DNA from: an uncultured candidate division Zixibacteria bacterium
GTDB taxonomy: Bacteria; Zixibacteria; MSB-5A5; GN15; FEB-12
DNA length: 64,000 nucleotides
NCBI GenBank assembly: GCA_963806185.1
Contig: CAWDXE010000001.1
Coordinates: forward strand, 352,001 to 416,000
Direction: 5' to 3'
Position 1 is the first letter of the stretch. Every line of letters begins with the position of its first letter. Below are positions 51,225-60,324 of this stretch, in pieces. The position numbers were made by a program, and so were the translations under genes. The notes beneath the pieces are model-generated. The model saw nothing but the letters and a program-made list of their open reading frames with translations. It did no database searches and had not been told where the DNA came from.

Positions 51225-53999
51225 TCACTTTGCGGTCAGTTTGCCTGCTGTCACCGCCACATAGGCATCGGTACGGAAATAGGTCTCAACGACGCGCCGC
51301 ACGTCGGCCACAGTCACCGCCGACAGCTTCGCCGGTAACTGGCGATCGTACCCGATTGGCCGTCCCAAGTACTCGTCGACCGCCATATAGTAGGCCTGAT
51401 TTACGCGCGACAACTTCGCGCTCGCCAACCTTCCCCACACCTGATTGCGGGCCGTGGTCAATTCATCTATCGCCGGCCCCTCTTCCCGAAGGCGATCGGT
51501 TTGGAACAACAGGCCGTCAAACGCCTTTTGATAGTTGGCCGCCCCCGTCCCCATCGAGCTGTAATACCAGCCAAACGACTGATCAAACGACACCCCACTT
51601 CCAACCGAATACGCCAACCCATCCTTTTCGCGAAGCGTCGACCAGAGCCGATTGGAGAGTATCGTCGCCCCCAGCCAGAGCGGCACGGCATCGGCGTGTG
51701 CCGCCCCCGGCGCCACGCCGCCGAGATAGATATTGATCTGCTCCTTGTTGAGCTCGGTATGATCGGACTTGACTGTGTTCGGCGCGCCTGGTGGCTGAGG
51801 TACAGCATACGCATCGTTCGATTTCGCCAGGGTCCCAAACTGCTCACGAATCAACTTCATCGTCGTGGCTGTGTCCAGACTTGTGCTCACCGCAAGGATC
51901 ATATTCTCCGGGGCGTAGAAATGCCGGTGATGTGCGCGCAGATCGTCAATCGTAATGCTGCCAATTGACTGTGCCGTCCCCATGATCGGGCGAGCATAGG
52001 CTGATGAATCAAAAAGTGTCTTGTAATACAGGTCGCGCGCGACTGCCGACGGCGACGTACTTTCCCGACCGATCACGCTCATCATCCCCTTGCGAACTTC
52101 CTCGACCGCCGCCGAATCAAATCTCGGATTGGTTATCATATCAGCCACGAGGGCTATCCCTTGAGGTGCAAGTTTGTCAATCGTCTCCAGTTTCACAAAC
52201 GAAAACTGCCGCGTGGTGTATTGATCATCGTAGGGAATCCAGGGGTTGTCATACAGGGTCAGATTGCCCCCGATCTTGGCCAGCTCGCGCGATAAATCCG
52301 CCGCCGATCGGGTCGTCGTCCCCTTCTCCAGACACCGATTCACGAAGTCAGTGATTCCCCCTTTGTCCGCCGGTTCGTTGGCCGTTCGATTCCTTCCGAG
52401 AATAGCGAGTCCGAATACTTTGCTGAACGGCGACTGTTTGATGAGCACCGTAAGCCCATTCGGCAACTGCGTACGAGAGTACACGGCGTTGTCGGTAGAT
52501 TTGAGAGGAACATCTTCGATTTTCGGATAATCAAGCTTTACCCGCACAGACTTCTCTTCAGGCCGAAATTCCGCGGTCGCGAAGTAGCCGGTAACTTCCT
52601 CAGTCGTCAGTCCTGCCGGGATGTAAAGCGCCTCCGATGAATCGACTGGCGGGCGAACGGTTGTCACGATGTAATTGGGATTATCAAACCAGACCCTTGC
52701 CGCCTCTTTACAATCCGCCCAGTCTATCTCACCAAGCATCGACGGATACTGCTCAATGAAATCCCACCCCTGAGTCATCAACGGCGAAGCGATCATAAAC
52801 CCGTAGTAGTGCAGTTTATCGGAGTTGAAAATATCTTCGCAGAGCACGCTCGTCTTGATCCCCTCCAGTGCACTCTGGTCGGCGGCAACCGTCGAAAGCG
52901 ATTTCATCACGCCGACGACTGTAGTGACGATTGAGTCGCGAAGCTCCGGCCGGTCGGTCACGACGTTGATATCCAGCCGACTCAACTCCGGATAGGTGTT
53001 GAGCGACACACCTACCTCGGTCGCCAACGGAAAGACCCCATTGACAAGCGCCTTTTTCAGCGGGGATATCTCATCAAGGGTCAGATACCTCGCCAGCATG
53101 TCTACCGGCAGATAATACTGCGTCTTGTAGTGCGGCGCCGGGAATGAAAAATTGATATAGGTGGAGCTTACATTGGCCACCGTGTCGAACCGGTTCGCTC
53201 CGTTGACCGGCGGAATCATCTTGCCCGCTTCTCTTGTCGGCAATGTCCCCTTCGGCGCCTTGCCGTAAATTTGCCTGACCAGCTTGGTCATATCTTTCGT
53301 GGCGAAATCACCGATCACCAGCAGAGTCATGTTGTTCGGGAGATAATACTTTCGCCAATACGTCATGATGGCTTCGCGCGGAATATTCTCGATAAATGCC
53401 TTGTACCCCAGAACCGGGCGGTCGTACTCTGTGTTGGCATATGCCTTGTCAGTGAAGAACTCCTCGGCCGGAGCACCAGGTGCATCGGCGTCACGATTGA
53501 TTTCTTCTATGACCACTTTTCGTTCCTTCGCCAATTCGGTCTCGGGAACAGTGGAATTGAAAACCATGTCCGTCTGCGTCGTCATCGCCATATCGGCAAA
53601 TTGACTAGGCACGAGTACCAGGTAGGCGGTGAGGTCTTTCTGGGTAAAGGCGTTGATGTATCCGCCCACGTCACGAATCGACTTGTCGATCTCCTCGCGT
53701 GAACGGTACACCGTGCCGTCAAACAGCAGGTGCTCCAACAAGTGCGTTATGCCATTCTCATACTTCGCCTCGAATTTGCTCCCCGACCGGACAAACAGAA
53801 TTGCCGCCGTTAGACCGGACCCCGGTTGCGGCTTGAGGATTACCTGCATCCCGTTGTCGAGCTGGAGCGTAGATGGTTTCTCTTCGGCGAAGGAGATCCC
53901 AGTGACAGTGAGTGCAAGAATGGTGACAATGAGCCACAGACGGCAAGACGTCATCTGTTTTTCAAGTCGATTGGTGACCGAGTCCGACCGAAGATTCAT
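51225..53999 (-). CDS. Secreted fused two-module M16 peptidase
   Basis: Signal peptide; HLLEH in the N-half; non-catalytic C-half with RLW--LREK-GLAY. Confidence 0.9.
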   Translation of the reverse strand: MNLRSDSVTNRLEKQMTSCRLWLIVTILALTVTGISFAEEKPSTLQLDNGMQVILKPQPGSGLTAAILFVRSGSKFEAKYENGITHLLEHLLFDGTVYRSREEIDKSIRDVGGYINAFTQKDLTAYLVLVPSQFADMAMTTQTDMVFNSTVPETELAKERKVVIEEINRDADAPGAPAEEFFTDKAYANTEYDRPVLGYKAFIENIPREAIMTYWRKYYLPNNMTLLVIGDFATKDMTKLVRQIYGKAPKGTLPTREAGKMIPPVNGANRFDTVANVSSTYINFSFPAPHYKTQYYLPVDMLARYLTLDEISPLKKALVNGVFPLATEVGVSLNTYPELSRLDINVVTDRPELRDSIVTTVVGVMKSLSTVAADQSALEGIKTSVLCEDIFNSDKLHYYGFMIASPLMTQGWDFIEQYPSMLGEIDWADCKEAARVWFDNPNYIVTTVRPPVDSSEALYIPAGLTTEEVTGYFATAEFRPEEKSVRVKLDYPKIEDVPLKSTDNAVYSRTQLPNGLTVLIKQSPFSKVFGLAILGRNRTANEPADKGGITDFVNRCLEKGTTTRSAADLSRELAKIGGNLTLYDNPWIPYDDQYTTRQFSFVKLETIDKLAPQGIALVADMITNPRFDSAAVEEVRKGMMSVIGRESTSPSAVARDLYYKTLFDSSAYARPIMGTAQSIGSITIDDLRAHHRHFYAPENMILAVSTSLDTATTMKLIREQFGTLAKSNDAYAVPQPPGAPNTVKSDHTELNKEQINIYLGGVAPGAAHADAVPLWLGATILSNRLWSTLREKDGLAYSVGSGVSFDQSFGWYYSSMGTGAANYQKAFDGLLFQTDRLREEGPAIDELTTARNQVWGRLASAKLSRVNQAYYMAVDEYLGRPIGYDRQLPAKLSAVTVADVRRVVETYFRTDAYVAVTAGKLTAK

Positions 54000-54076
54000 A
54001 GACTATCTCCTGTTTTTGCAATAGGTTAACGTAATATCTGCCGATATACAAATCAAGTTGTTCAGTATTCTGATGA

Positions 54077-54104
54077 TTGACTAATGACGACGAGCATGTA
54101 TATT
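54077..54104 (+). promoter_or_regulatory. Sigma70-type promoter of the uORF-secD-secF unit
   Basis: TTGACT-16 bp-TATATT, 9 nt before the in-frame ATG at 54114. Confidence 0.6.
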
Positions 54105-54113
54105 GGTCGGATT

Positions 54114-54548
54114 ATGATCCTGCGCCATCTCTGGACATTCACTTTGGCTTCGATCCGTATGGTACTGGTCGGGGCGGTCGTGTTGGCGGTCGGACTGTCA
54201 GGTGCCACGGCGGCACATCGAATCTATTTCGAAACTGCCAGGGCACAAGCCGCCATTGCCGCCGAGCAGGCCAAACTTGTGCCACAGCCAAGTGAAACCG
54301 CCGCACAGGGAACGATGGCCAAAGGCTCCGGCCCTTCGTCGGAACAGGCGGCCTTCAGCACCCCGGTCGGCGTTGGCCCCGAAAGGGACACCCGCGTCCG
54401 CGGCACACTGCCGGTCTCGTCCGACTCCTACTCAGCAGTCATCATTCAATCCGAATATACTCCCCCGCTTAACTCCTCCGGCATGGTCTCGTCGCGTCTG
54501 GCAGAGCAGTTCACGCTGCTCGGCGCCAAGCCGTCCGGCACCATGTAA
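54114..54548 (+). CDS. secDF upstream ORF with N-terminal signal/TM segment; candidate translation-arrest peptide
   Basis: 144 aa; hydrophobic MVLVGAVVLAVGLSGA; Ala/Ser/Pro-rich spacer; ends SRLAEQFTLLGAKPSGTM, 87 nt before secD. Confidence 0.65.
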   Translation: MILRHLWTFTLASIRMVLVGAVVLAVGLSGATAAHRIYFETARAQAAIAAEQAKLVPQPSETAAQGTMAKGSGPSSEQAAFSTPVGVGPERDTRVRGTLPVSSDSYSAVIIQSEYTPPLNSSGMVSSRLAEQFTLLGAKPSGTM

Positions 54549-54635
54549 TCTGTCTCACCGCGCCGACGCATCGGCGCCCGACGATTGAATTGCAGTGAAT
54601 TCTAACGTTTAACTTTTTCTCTGAAAGGGTATGCC

Positions 54636-56366
54636 ATGTCCAGCCAAAAATGGCGCCTTGGCCTGACTATCGTCATGGTCGTCGTGGCGCTCCTGGCGTT
54701 CTGGAACACCTTCAAACTGTGGACCATGGACGACACAGCCAAGCAGCAGCTTCAGGAGCGTGATCCTGGGGAATTGCTGAAACTGCAGCAACGAGCCATC
54801 CGCTTGGGACTTGATCTCCAGGGCGGCATTCACGTTGTCCTGCGAGTCAAAACCGAAGAACTCGGGCCGAGCGAGCGCGACGGCGCCACCGACCGCGCGA
54901 TTCAGATCATTCGCAATCGTATCGACGGGCTTGGCGTCGCCGAACCGCAGATCGTGAAGCAGGGCGATGACCGTATCGTGATCGACCTCCCCGGCTACAC
55001 CGACGCGAATCGCGCCGAAGACCTCATCGGGCAGACCGCCCAGTTGAAATTCAAGCTGTTTGAAACCTACGAAAATGCTTCGCTGCTTCTGGCCCGGATG
55101 GACACTGCCGCTTCACAATCGCTGCGGGGCAAATCCTCGGACTCGTCTACCGCAGCACCGGCCAAACCGGCTACTACATCCGCCTCCGCCGACAGCGCCA
55201 AGAAGGCCGAGGATGTCCTTGCTCAGTTGATGGGTGATACGTCCAAAGCCCACAAAGACTCTGCCGGAAAATATGACTTCGATGAAACCAGCGGCTCGAC
55301 TGTCGACGAAAATCCTTTCACCAGCCGCATGCAGGTATCGCTTTATGCTCAACGGACCAACATGAATTGGCCCGGCTGGGAAGTGAATGCGAAAGATCGC
55401 CCGCTTCTGGAGCGCTGGTTGGAATTGCCCGAAGTCAAACGGCTGATCCCGGCCGATGTTCAATTTTGCTGGTCGACCCGGAAGGAAATTCGGCAGGCGC
55501 GCGAAGTATACGATCTCTACTTGCTGAAACGGAAAGAGGAATTCCCCGGCAAGGCACTTGAAGGGATCGCTCTCGGCAAAGGACAAATGAACGAATTCTC
55601 CGTCGACTTCCAGCTCAGCGGTGACTTTGCCGCCCGCTTTGCCCAGTTGACCGGCGCCAACATCGACCGGCCGCTCGCGATCGTCATCGACGATGAAGTC
55701 GAATCGGCCGCTTTTATCCACTCTAAAATCCGCAACCGCGGTCAGATCACGATGGGTTCGTCAGCCTCCATCGACGACGCCCGCAATCTGGAAATCGTGC
55801 TGAAAGCCGGCGCCCTCCCGGCTCCGGTGGAGATCATCGAAAAGAACGTCGTCGGAGCGACGCTCGGAGAGGACTCCATCAAGAAAGGCCTCCTGTCGTC
55901 TACGGTCGGGTTGTTGTTGGTCTTGCTGTACATCGGATTCTACTACCGGGTATCGGGTCTGATTGCGGACATCGGTCTGATGTTCAACCTCTTCTTCCTC
56001 CTGGCCATCCTGGCGGGATTGGGAGCAACACTCACCATGCCGGGCATCGCCGGTATTATTCTAACCATTGGTATATCCGTAGACTCAAACGTTCTGATTT
56101 TCGAACGCATTCGTGAGGAATTGCGCACCGGCAAGACGGTCCGAAAAGCCATTGATGCCGGGTACGAGCGGGCGTTTGTGACCATCCTGGATTCACACGT
56201 GACTACGCTTATCACGGCGGGCGTACTGTTCCTGTTCGGCTCTGGCCCGGTCCGCGGTTTTGCCGTCACGTTGTTCTGGGGTGTTACGATCTCCCTGTAC
56301 ACCGCGTATGTCGTCACTAAGGCGATATTCGATATTCGCCGTGCGTATGCGCGCATCAGTATCTGA
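54636..56366 (+). CDS. secD: Protein translocase subunit SecD
   Basis: LGLDLQGG, RID-LGVAEP, L-AGALP, GATLTMPGIAG, DSNVLIFERIREE. Confidence 0.96.
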   Translation: MSSQKWRLGLTIVMVVVALLAFWNTFKLWTMDDTAKQQLQERDPGELLKLQQRAIRLGLDLQGGIHVVLRVKTEELGPSERDGATDRAIQIIRNRIDGLGVAEPQIVKQGDDRIVIDLPGYTDANRAEDLIGQTAQLKFKLFETYENASLLLARMDTAASQSLRGKSSDSSTAAPAKPATTSASADSAKKAEDVLAQLMGDTSKAHKDSAGKYDFDETSGSTVDENPFTSRMQVSLYAQRTNMNWPGWEVNAKDRPLLERWLELPEVKRLIPADVQFCWSTRKEIRQAREVYDLYLLKRKEEFPGKALEGIALGKGQMNEFSVDFQLSGDFAARFAQLTGANIDRPLAIVIDDEVESAAFIHSKIRNRGQITMGSSASIDDARNLEIVLKAGALPAPVEIIEKNVVGATLGEDSIKKGLLSSTVGLLLVLLYIGFYYRVSGLIADIGLMFNLFFLLAILAGLGATLTMPGIAGIILTIGISVDSNVLIFERIREELRTGKTVRKAIDAGYERAFVTILDSHVTTLITAGVLFLFGSGPVRGFAVTLFWGVTISLYTAYVVTKAIFDIRRAYARISI

Positions 56367-56380
56367 CAGAAAGGTATGCC

Positions 56381-57307
56381 ATGATTAAACTAATAGGTGA
56401 AACTAACATTGACTTCATTGGGCTGCGAAAGTACGCCTTCATGTTCTCGGGGGCTCTTGCCGTTCTCGGCATTGTGGCCTTCCTGATGGTCTTCCTCGGC
56501 AAAGCCAACATGGGCATTGATTTCGCCGGCGGCGTCATGGTCCAGGGCCACTTTGCCAGCCCGGTCAGTATTGGCCAGGTCCGCGACGCCGTCACCAGCG
56601 AATTCGCGGACGCACAGATCAATCAGGTCGAGGATTTCCAGGTCCCGAATACATTCATCATCAAGACCAAGCGCCCGGCGAACGAGGCCGAGGGCCGGCA
56701 GCGCCTGACCCAGATCACCGACCTGCTAAAGACGAAATTCCCGGGGAATGCTTTCACGATTGTCTCGGAACACGTGATCGGACCGGCTGTCGGTGAGAGC
56801 TTGCGAAAGGATGCCCGACTTGCCGTGATCATCTCGGTTCTGGGCATTCTTGGCTATATCGCCTTGCGTTTTGACTTCCGCTCCGGAGTGGCGGCAACGG
56901 TAGCGACATTTCACGATGTACTCGCCGTCTGGGGTGTCTTGTGGCTTTTCGGCCTGGAATTCGACACGCTGGTCGTCGTCGCTTTGCTCACCCTCGCCGG
57001 ATACTCGCTCACCGATACGGTCGTAGTCTATGATCGTATCCGCGAAAACCTCCGAAAGGTCCGCGCCAAAGGCGAATTCGTGAATACGGTCAATCGATCG
57101 ATCAACGAAACGCTGTCGCGTACGATCAATACCTCGATGACAGTCATGATCGTGGTGGTGATTCTTTTCCTGTTTGGCGGCGAAGTTCTGCGGAGCTTCT
57201 CGCTGTCAATGATCCTCGGCGTCATCGTCGGCACCTACAGCTCGATTTTTGTCGCCAGTCCGATTATCGTCGAGTGGGAAGCGCGTTCGCCGCACAGATT
57301 CAAATGA
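56381..57307 (+). CDS. secF: Protein translocase subunit SecF
   Basis: GIDF-GG, IGP-VG--L, HDV, GYS--DTVVVYDRIREN, TLSRTINTS, GTYSSIF-ASP. Confidence 0.96.
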   Translation: MIKLIGETNIDFIGLRKYAFMFSGALAVLGIVAFLMVFLGKANMGIDFAGGVMVQGHFASPVSIGQVRDAVTSEFADAQINQVEDFQVPNTFIIKTKRPANEAEGRQRLTQITDLLKTKFPGNAFTIVSEHVIGPAVGESLRKDARLAVIISVLGILGYIALRFDFRSGVAATVATFHDVLAVWGVLWLFGLEFDTLVVVALLTLAGYSLTDTVVVYDRIRENLRKVRAKGEFVNTVNRSINETLSRTINTSMTVMIVVVILFLFGGEVLRSFSLSMILGVIVGTYSSIFVASPIIVEWEARSPHRFK

Positions 57308-57332
57308 CCTCTTGATTTCGTTTTCCATGAAC

Positions 57333-57366
57333 GAGCCGTCCGATTTACCGGGCGGCTTTTTCTTTT
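57333..57366 (+). terminator. Intrinsic terminator after secF
   Basis: agccgtccg/cgggcggct followed by tttt. Confidence 0.75.
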
Positions 57367-57448
57367 GCCCTATTCCGTCTGAATCGTTGACAGCACGATT
57401 CCACTGTGTTTATTGCGGGCAAGAGCAGACTGTTCTGCGAGTGTTAAT

Positions 57449-58792
57449 ATGGATGTAGTCACTCTCTCCCGGCTTCAGTTCGCCATCACCATTGGTTTCC
57501 ATTACCTGTTTCCGCCACTCAGCATTGGGCTGGGTCTCCTGCTGGTCATAATGGAAGGGATGTACCTCCGCACGCGAAACGAGCTGTACCACCGTCTGAC
57601 CAGGTTCTGGGTTCGCATCTTCGGTCTTATCTTTGCCCTCGGCGTAGCCACCGGCATCGTCATGGAATTCCAGTTCGGCACAAACTGGTCCACCTACTCG
57701 CGCTACGTCGGCGACGTCTTCGGCAGCGCGCTCGCCGCCGAAGGAGTGTTTGCCTTCTTTCTGGAATCAGGCTTTCTCGCCATACTTCTGTTCGGCTGGA
57801 ATAAGGTCGGCCCGCGTATGCACTTCTTTTCAACCATCATGGTCTGTCTGGGAGCTCACTTCTCAGCCATCTGGATCGTCGTAGCCAACTCCTGGCAGCA
57901 GACGCCGGCCGGTTTTCATATCGTAGAACACCTGGGGGGCTCCCGGGCTGAGATCACTGATTTCTGGCAAATGGTCCTTAACCCGTCGTCGGTGGATCGC
58001 GTCTGGCACGTCTATATGGCCGCCTGGCAGGCGGGAGCATTTCTGGTTCTTTCGGTCAGCGCCTGGTATTTAATCAAACACAAGTATCAGGATTTCGCCC
58101 GTGCCTCGCTCAAAATTGGACTCATCGCGGCCGTAGTCGCTTCATTGCTGCAACTAGTGAGCGGGCATTCCAGCGCCAATAATGTAGCTGAGTACCAACC
58201 GGCCAAGCTGGCCGCCTTCGAAGGACATTACGCTCCCCACTCCCCTGCCGACGCCTACTTGTTCGGTTGGGTCGACGAGGAAACTCAGACGGTCACGGGC
58301 GTCAGGATCCCCGGCCTTCTTAGTTACCTGATATCCGACGACTTCAACACTCCTGTCACCGGGCTGAAGGCGTTTCCATATGATGTCTGGCCGCCCGTGA
58401 ACTTGACCTTCCAATCGTACCATGCGATGGTCGCCATAGGCTTCATTTTGATCGGCGTCTCTATGCTCGGTGTTCTGCTCTGGTGGCGAAAGAAGGTTTT
58501 TGCCAGCCGCTGGTACCACTGGATCCTTGTCTTTTCAGTGCTGGGTCCCCAGGCGGCCAACCAGCTGGGGTGGATGACCGCTGAAGTCGGTCGACAACCG
58601 TGGGTTGTCTACGGCCTCTTGCGCACCGAAAGCAGTGTGTCGCCCTCGGTGACCGCGGGTGAAGTGATTACGTCAGTCGTGATGTTTGGAATCATCTACC
58701 TGTTGCTGGGAGCATTATTCGTTTATCTGCTGAACGATAAAATCCAACACGGCCCCGGTGAACTCTCCACCGAGGGAGGTCAGCGAGCCTAG
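57449..58792 (+). CDS. cydA: Cytochrome bd ubiquinol oxidase subunit I (short Q-loop)
   Basis: [42 protein letters not shown]. Confidence 0.96.
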   Translation: MDVVTLSRLQFAITIGFHYLFPPLSIGLGLLLVIMEGMYLRTRNELYHRLTRFWVRIFGLIFALGVATGIVMEFQFGTNWSTYSRYVGDVFGSALAAEGVFAFFLESGFLAILLFGWNKVGPRMHFFSTIMVCLGAHFSAIWIVVANSWQQTPAGFHIVEHLGGSRAEITDFWQMVLNPSSVDRVWHVYMAAWQAGAFLVLSVSAWYLIKHKYQDFARASLKIGLIAAVVASLLQLVSGHSSANNVAEYQPAKLAAFEGHYAPHSPADAYLFGWVDEETQTVTGVRIPGLLSYLISDDFNTPVTGLKAFPYDVWPPVNLTFQSYHAMVAIGFILIGVSMLGVLLWWRKKVFASRWYHWILVFSVLGPQAANQLGWMTAEVGRQPWVVYGLLRTESSVSPSVTAGEVITSVVMFGIIYLLLGALFVYLLNDKIQHGPGELSTEGGQRA

Positions 58793-58793
58793 T

Positions 58794-59810
58794 ATGGACC
58801 TGAATACCGTCTGGTTCATTCTCGTCGGCGGTCTGCTCGCCGGGTATGCCATCCTCGACGGCTTCGACCTCGGCGTCGGCGCCCTGCACTTGTTCACGAA
58901 TACTGACGCCGACCGACGCCTGATGATCAACACCATCGGCCCGGTCTGGGATGGCAACGAGGTCTGGCTGGTCACCGGCGGCGGCGCCCTCTTTGCCGCC
59001 TTCCCGGAAGTGTACGCGACCGCCTTCTCCGGTTTCTATCTCGCCTTCATGTTGCTGCTCTTTGCCTTGATCTTCCGGGCCGTCGCCATTGAATTCCGCA
59101 GCAAGCAGGAGCAACGCTGGTGGCGGCAATTGTGGGATGTGTCATTCTCAGCCTCGAGCATAGTCTCGGCCCTGCTGATCGGCATTGCCCTGGGCAATAT
59201 CGCCTGGGGTATTCCGCTCGACACCCGGCACGAATATGCCGGAACGTTCCTGAGTCTCATCCACCCCTATTCGATTTTGCTGGGCATCACCACCGTCGCG
59301 CTGTTCATGATGCACGGCGCCATTTACGTCGTACTCAAGACCGAGGGCGACATGCATGACCGTGCTCGCATGTGGGTTCGCAACGGGATCATCTTCTTCA
59401 TTATCTGTTACGCCGCCACCACCATGTTCACTCTCCTCTACGTCCCGCACATGACCGAGTATATCAAGGCGCACCCAATGCTCTTCGTCATTCCGCTGCT
59501 CAACATTCTCGTGATCGCCAACATCCCGCGCGAAATACATCACGGCCGCGATTTTCTGGCTTTCCTCTCCTCTTGCGTGGCGATGCTCCTCCTCCTGGTG
59601 CTGTTCGGCATCGGGATGTTCCCCTATCTTATCTACTCCGTGCCCGATCCGAACAACAGTCTGACCATCTACAACGGTGCGTCCTCGGCGGCCACCCTGC
59701 GCATTATGCTCTGGATAGCGGCACTGGGCTTGCCGTTGGTGCTGTCCTATACCATCAGCATTTACTGGATATTTCGGGGAAAAGTGAAAATCGAGTCAAC
59801 CAGCTACTGA
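58794..59810 (+). CDS. cydB: Cytochrome bd ubiquinol oxidase subunit II
   Basis: LDGFDLGVG, P-WDGNEVWL---GG-LFAAFP, R-VA-EFR. Confidence 0.96.
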   Translation: MDLNTVWFILVGGLLAGYAILDGFDLGVGALHLFTNTDADRRLMINTIGPVWDGNEVWLVTGGGALFAAFPEVYATAFSGFYLAFMLLLFALIFRAVAIEFRSKQEQRWWRQLWDVSFSASSIVSALLIGIALGNIAWGIPLDTRHEYAGTFLSLIHPYSILLGITTVALFMMHGAIYVVLKTEGDMHDRARMWVRNGIIFFIICYAATTMFTLLYVPHMTEYIKAHPMLFVIPLLNILVIANIPREIHHGRDFLAFLSSCVAMLLLLVLFGIGMFPYLIYSVPDPNNSLTIYNGASSAATLRIMLWIAALGLPLVLSYTISIYWIFRGKVKIESTSY

Positions 59811-59822
59811 GGCCGGTGTCGT

Positions 59823-60149
59823 TCAGACGCGCGGCCGCCAGAGATACTTCTTGAGGTCGATCTGACCCTCGGCCCCGACGATCACTTTCTCGCGCCTGAG
59901 CAGTTCTCTCTGCAGCTCAAATCCGCCACCCGGAGGTAAGGCAATCCGGCCCAGCCGATTGATGATTCGATGCCACGGCAGCCGTTCCGTGCGGGACTTG
60001 GTGTTGAGCAGCCGGACCACCTGGCGCGCGCCTCGAGGACTCCCCGCCATGGCGGCAATCTGCCCGTACGTGGCTACCTTTCCTCGCGGTATCTTCTTGA
60101 TAATCCGCACCGCCTCATCGGTGAATGAGTCGCCTGAGCCTGTCTGCAT
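59823..60149 (-). CDS. Alkyltransferase-like protein (ATL/YbaZ, MGMT family)
   Basis: IP-G-V-TYG-IA--AG-P---R-V; PWHR in place of catalytic PCHR. Confidence 0.85.
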   Translation of the reverse strand: MQTGSGDSFTDEAVRIIKKIPRGKVATYGQIAAMAGSPRGARQVVRLLNTKSRTERLPWHRIINRLGRIALPPGGGFELQRELLRREKVIVGAEGQIDLKKYLWRPRV

Positions 60150-60324
60150 ACCTGCTATACAAACGCGAAATCGCAAAAAAGGCAAGCCTGTAAAAGAACC
60201 TGACGACCGGGGTCATGGTTGTGTATCTTACAGATCGACTTAGTGTGAATTCGAACCTTTTTTCGGGCAGACTGTACACCGTGCCGGTGCCCGCAGATTG
60301 AGGCTGACGAGACAACCTGGAAAT

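Noticed and set aside
54114..54548. secD-upstream ORF as YajC
   Set aside because: It lacks the YajC RPQ-K and GD-V-T--G--G motifs
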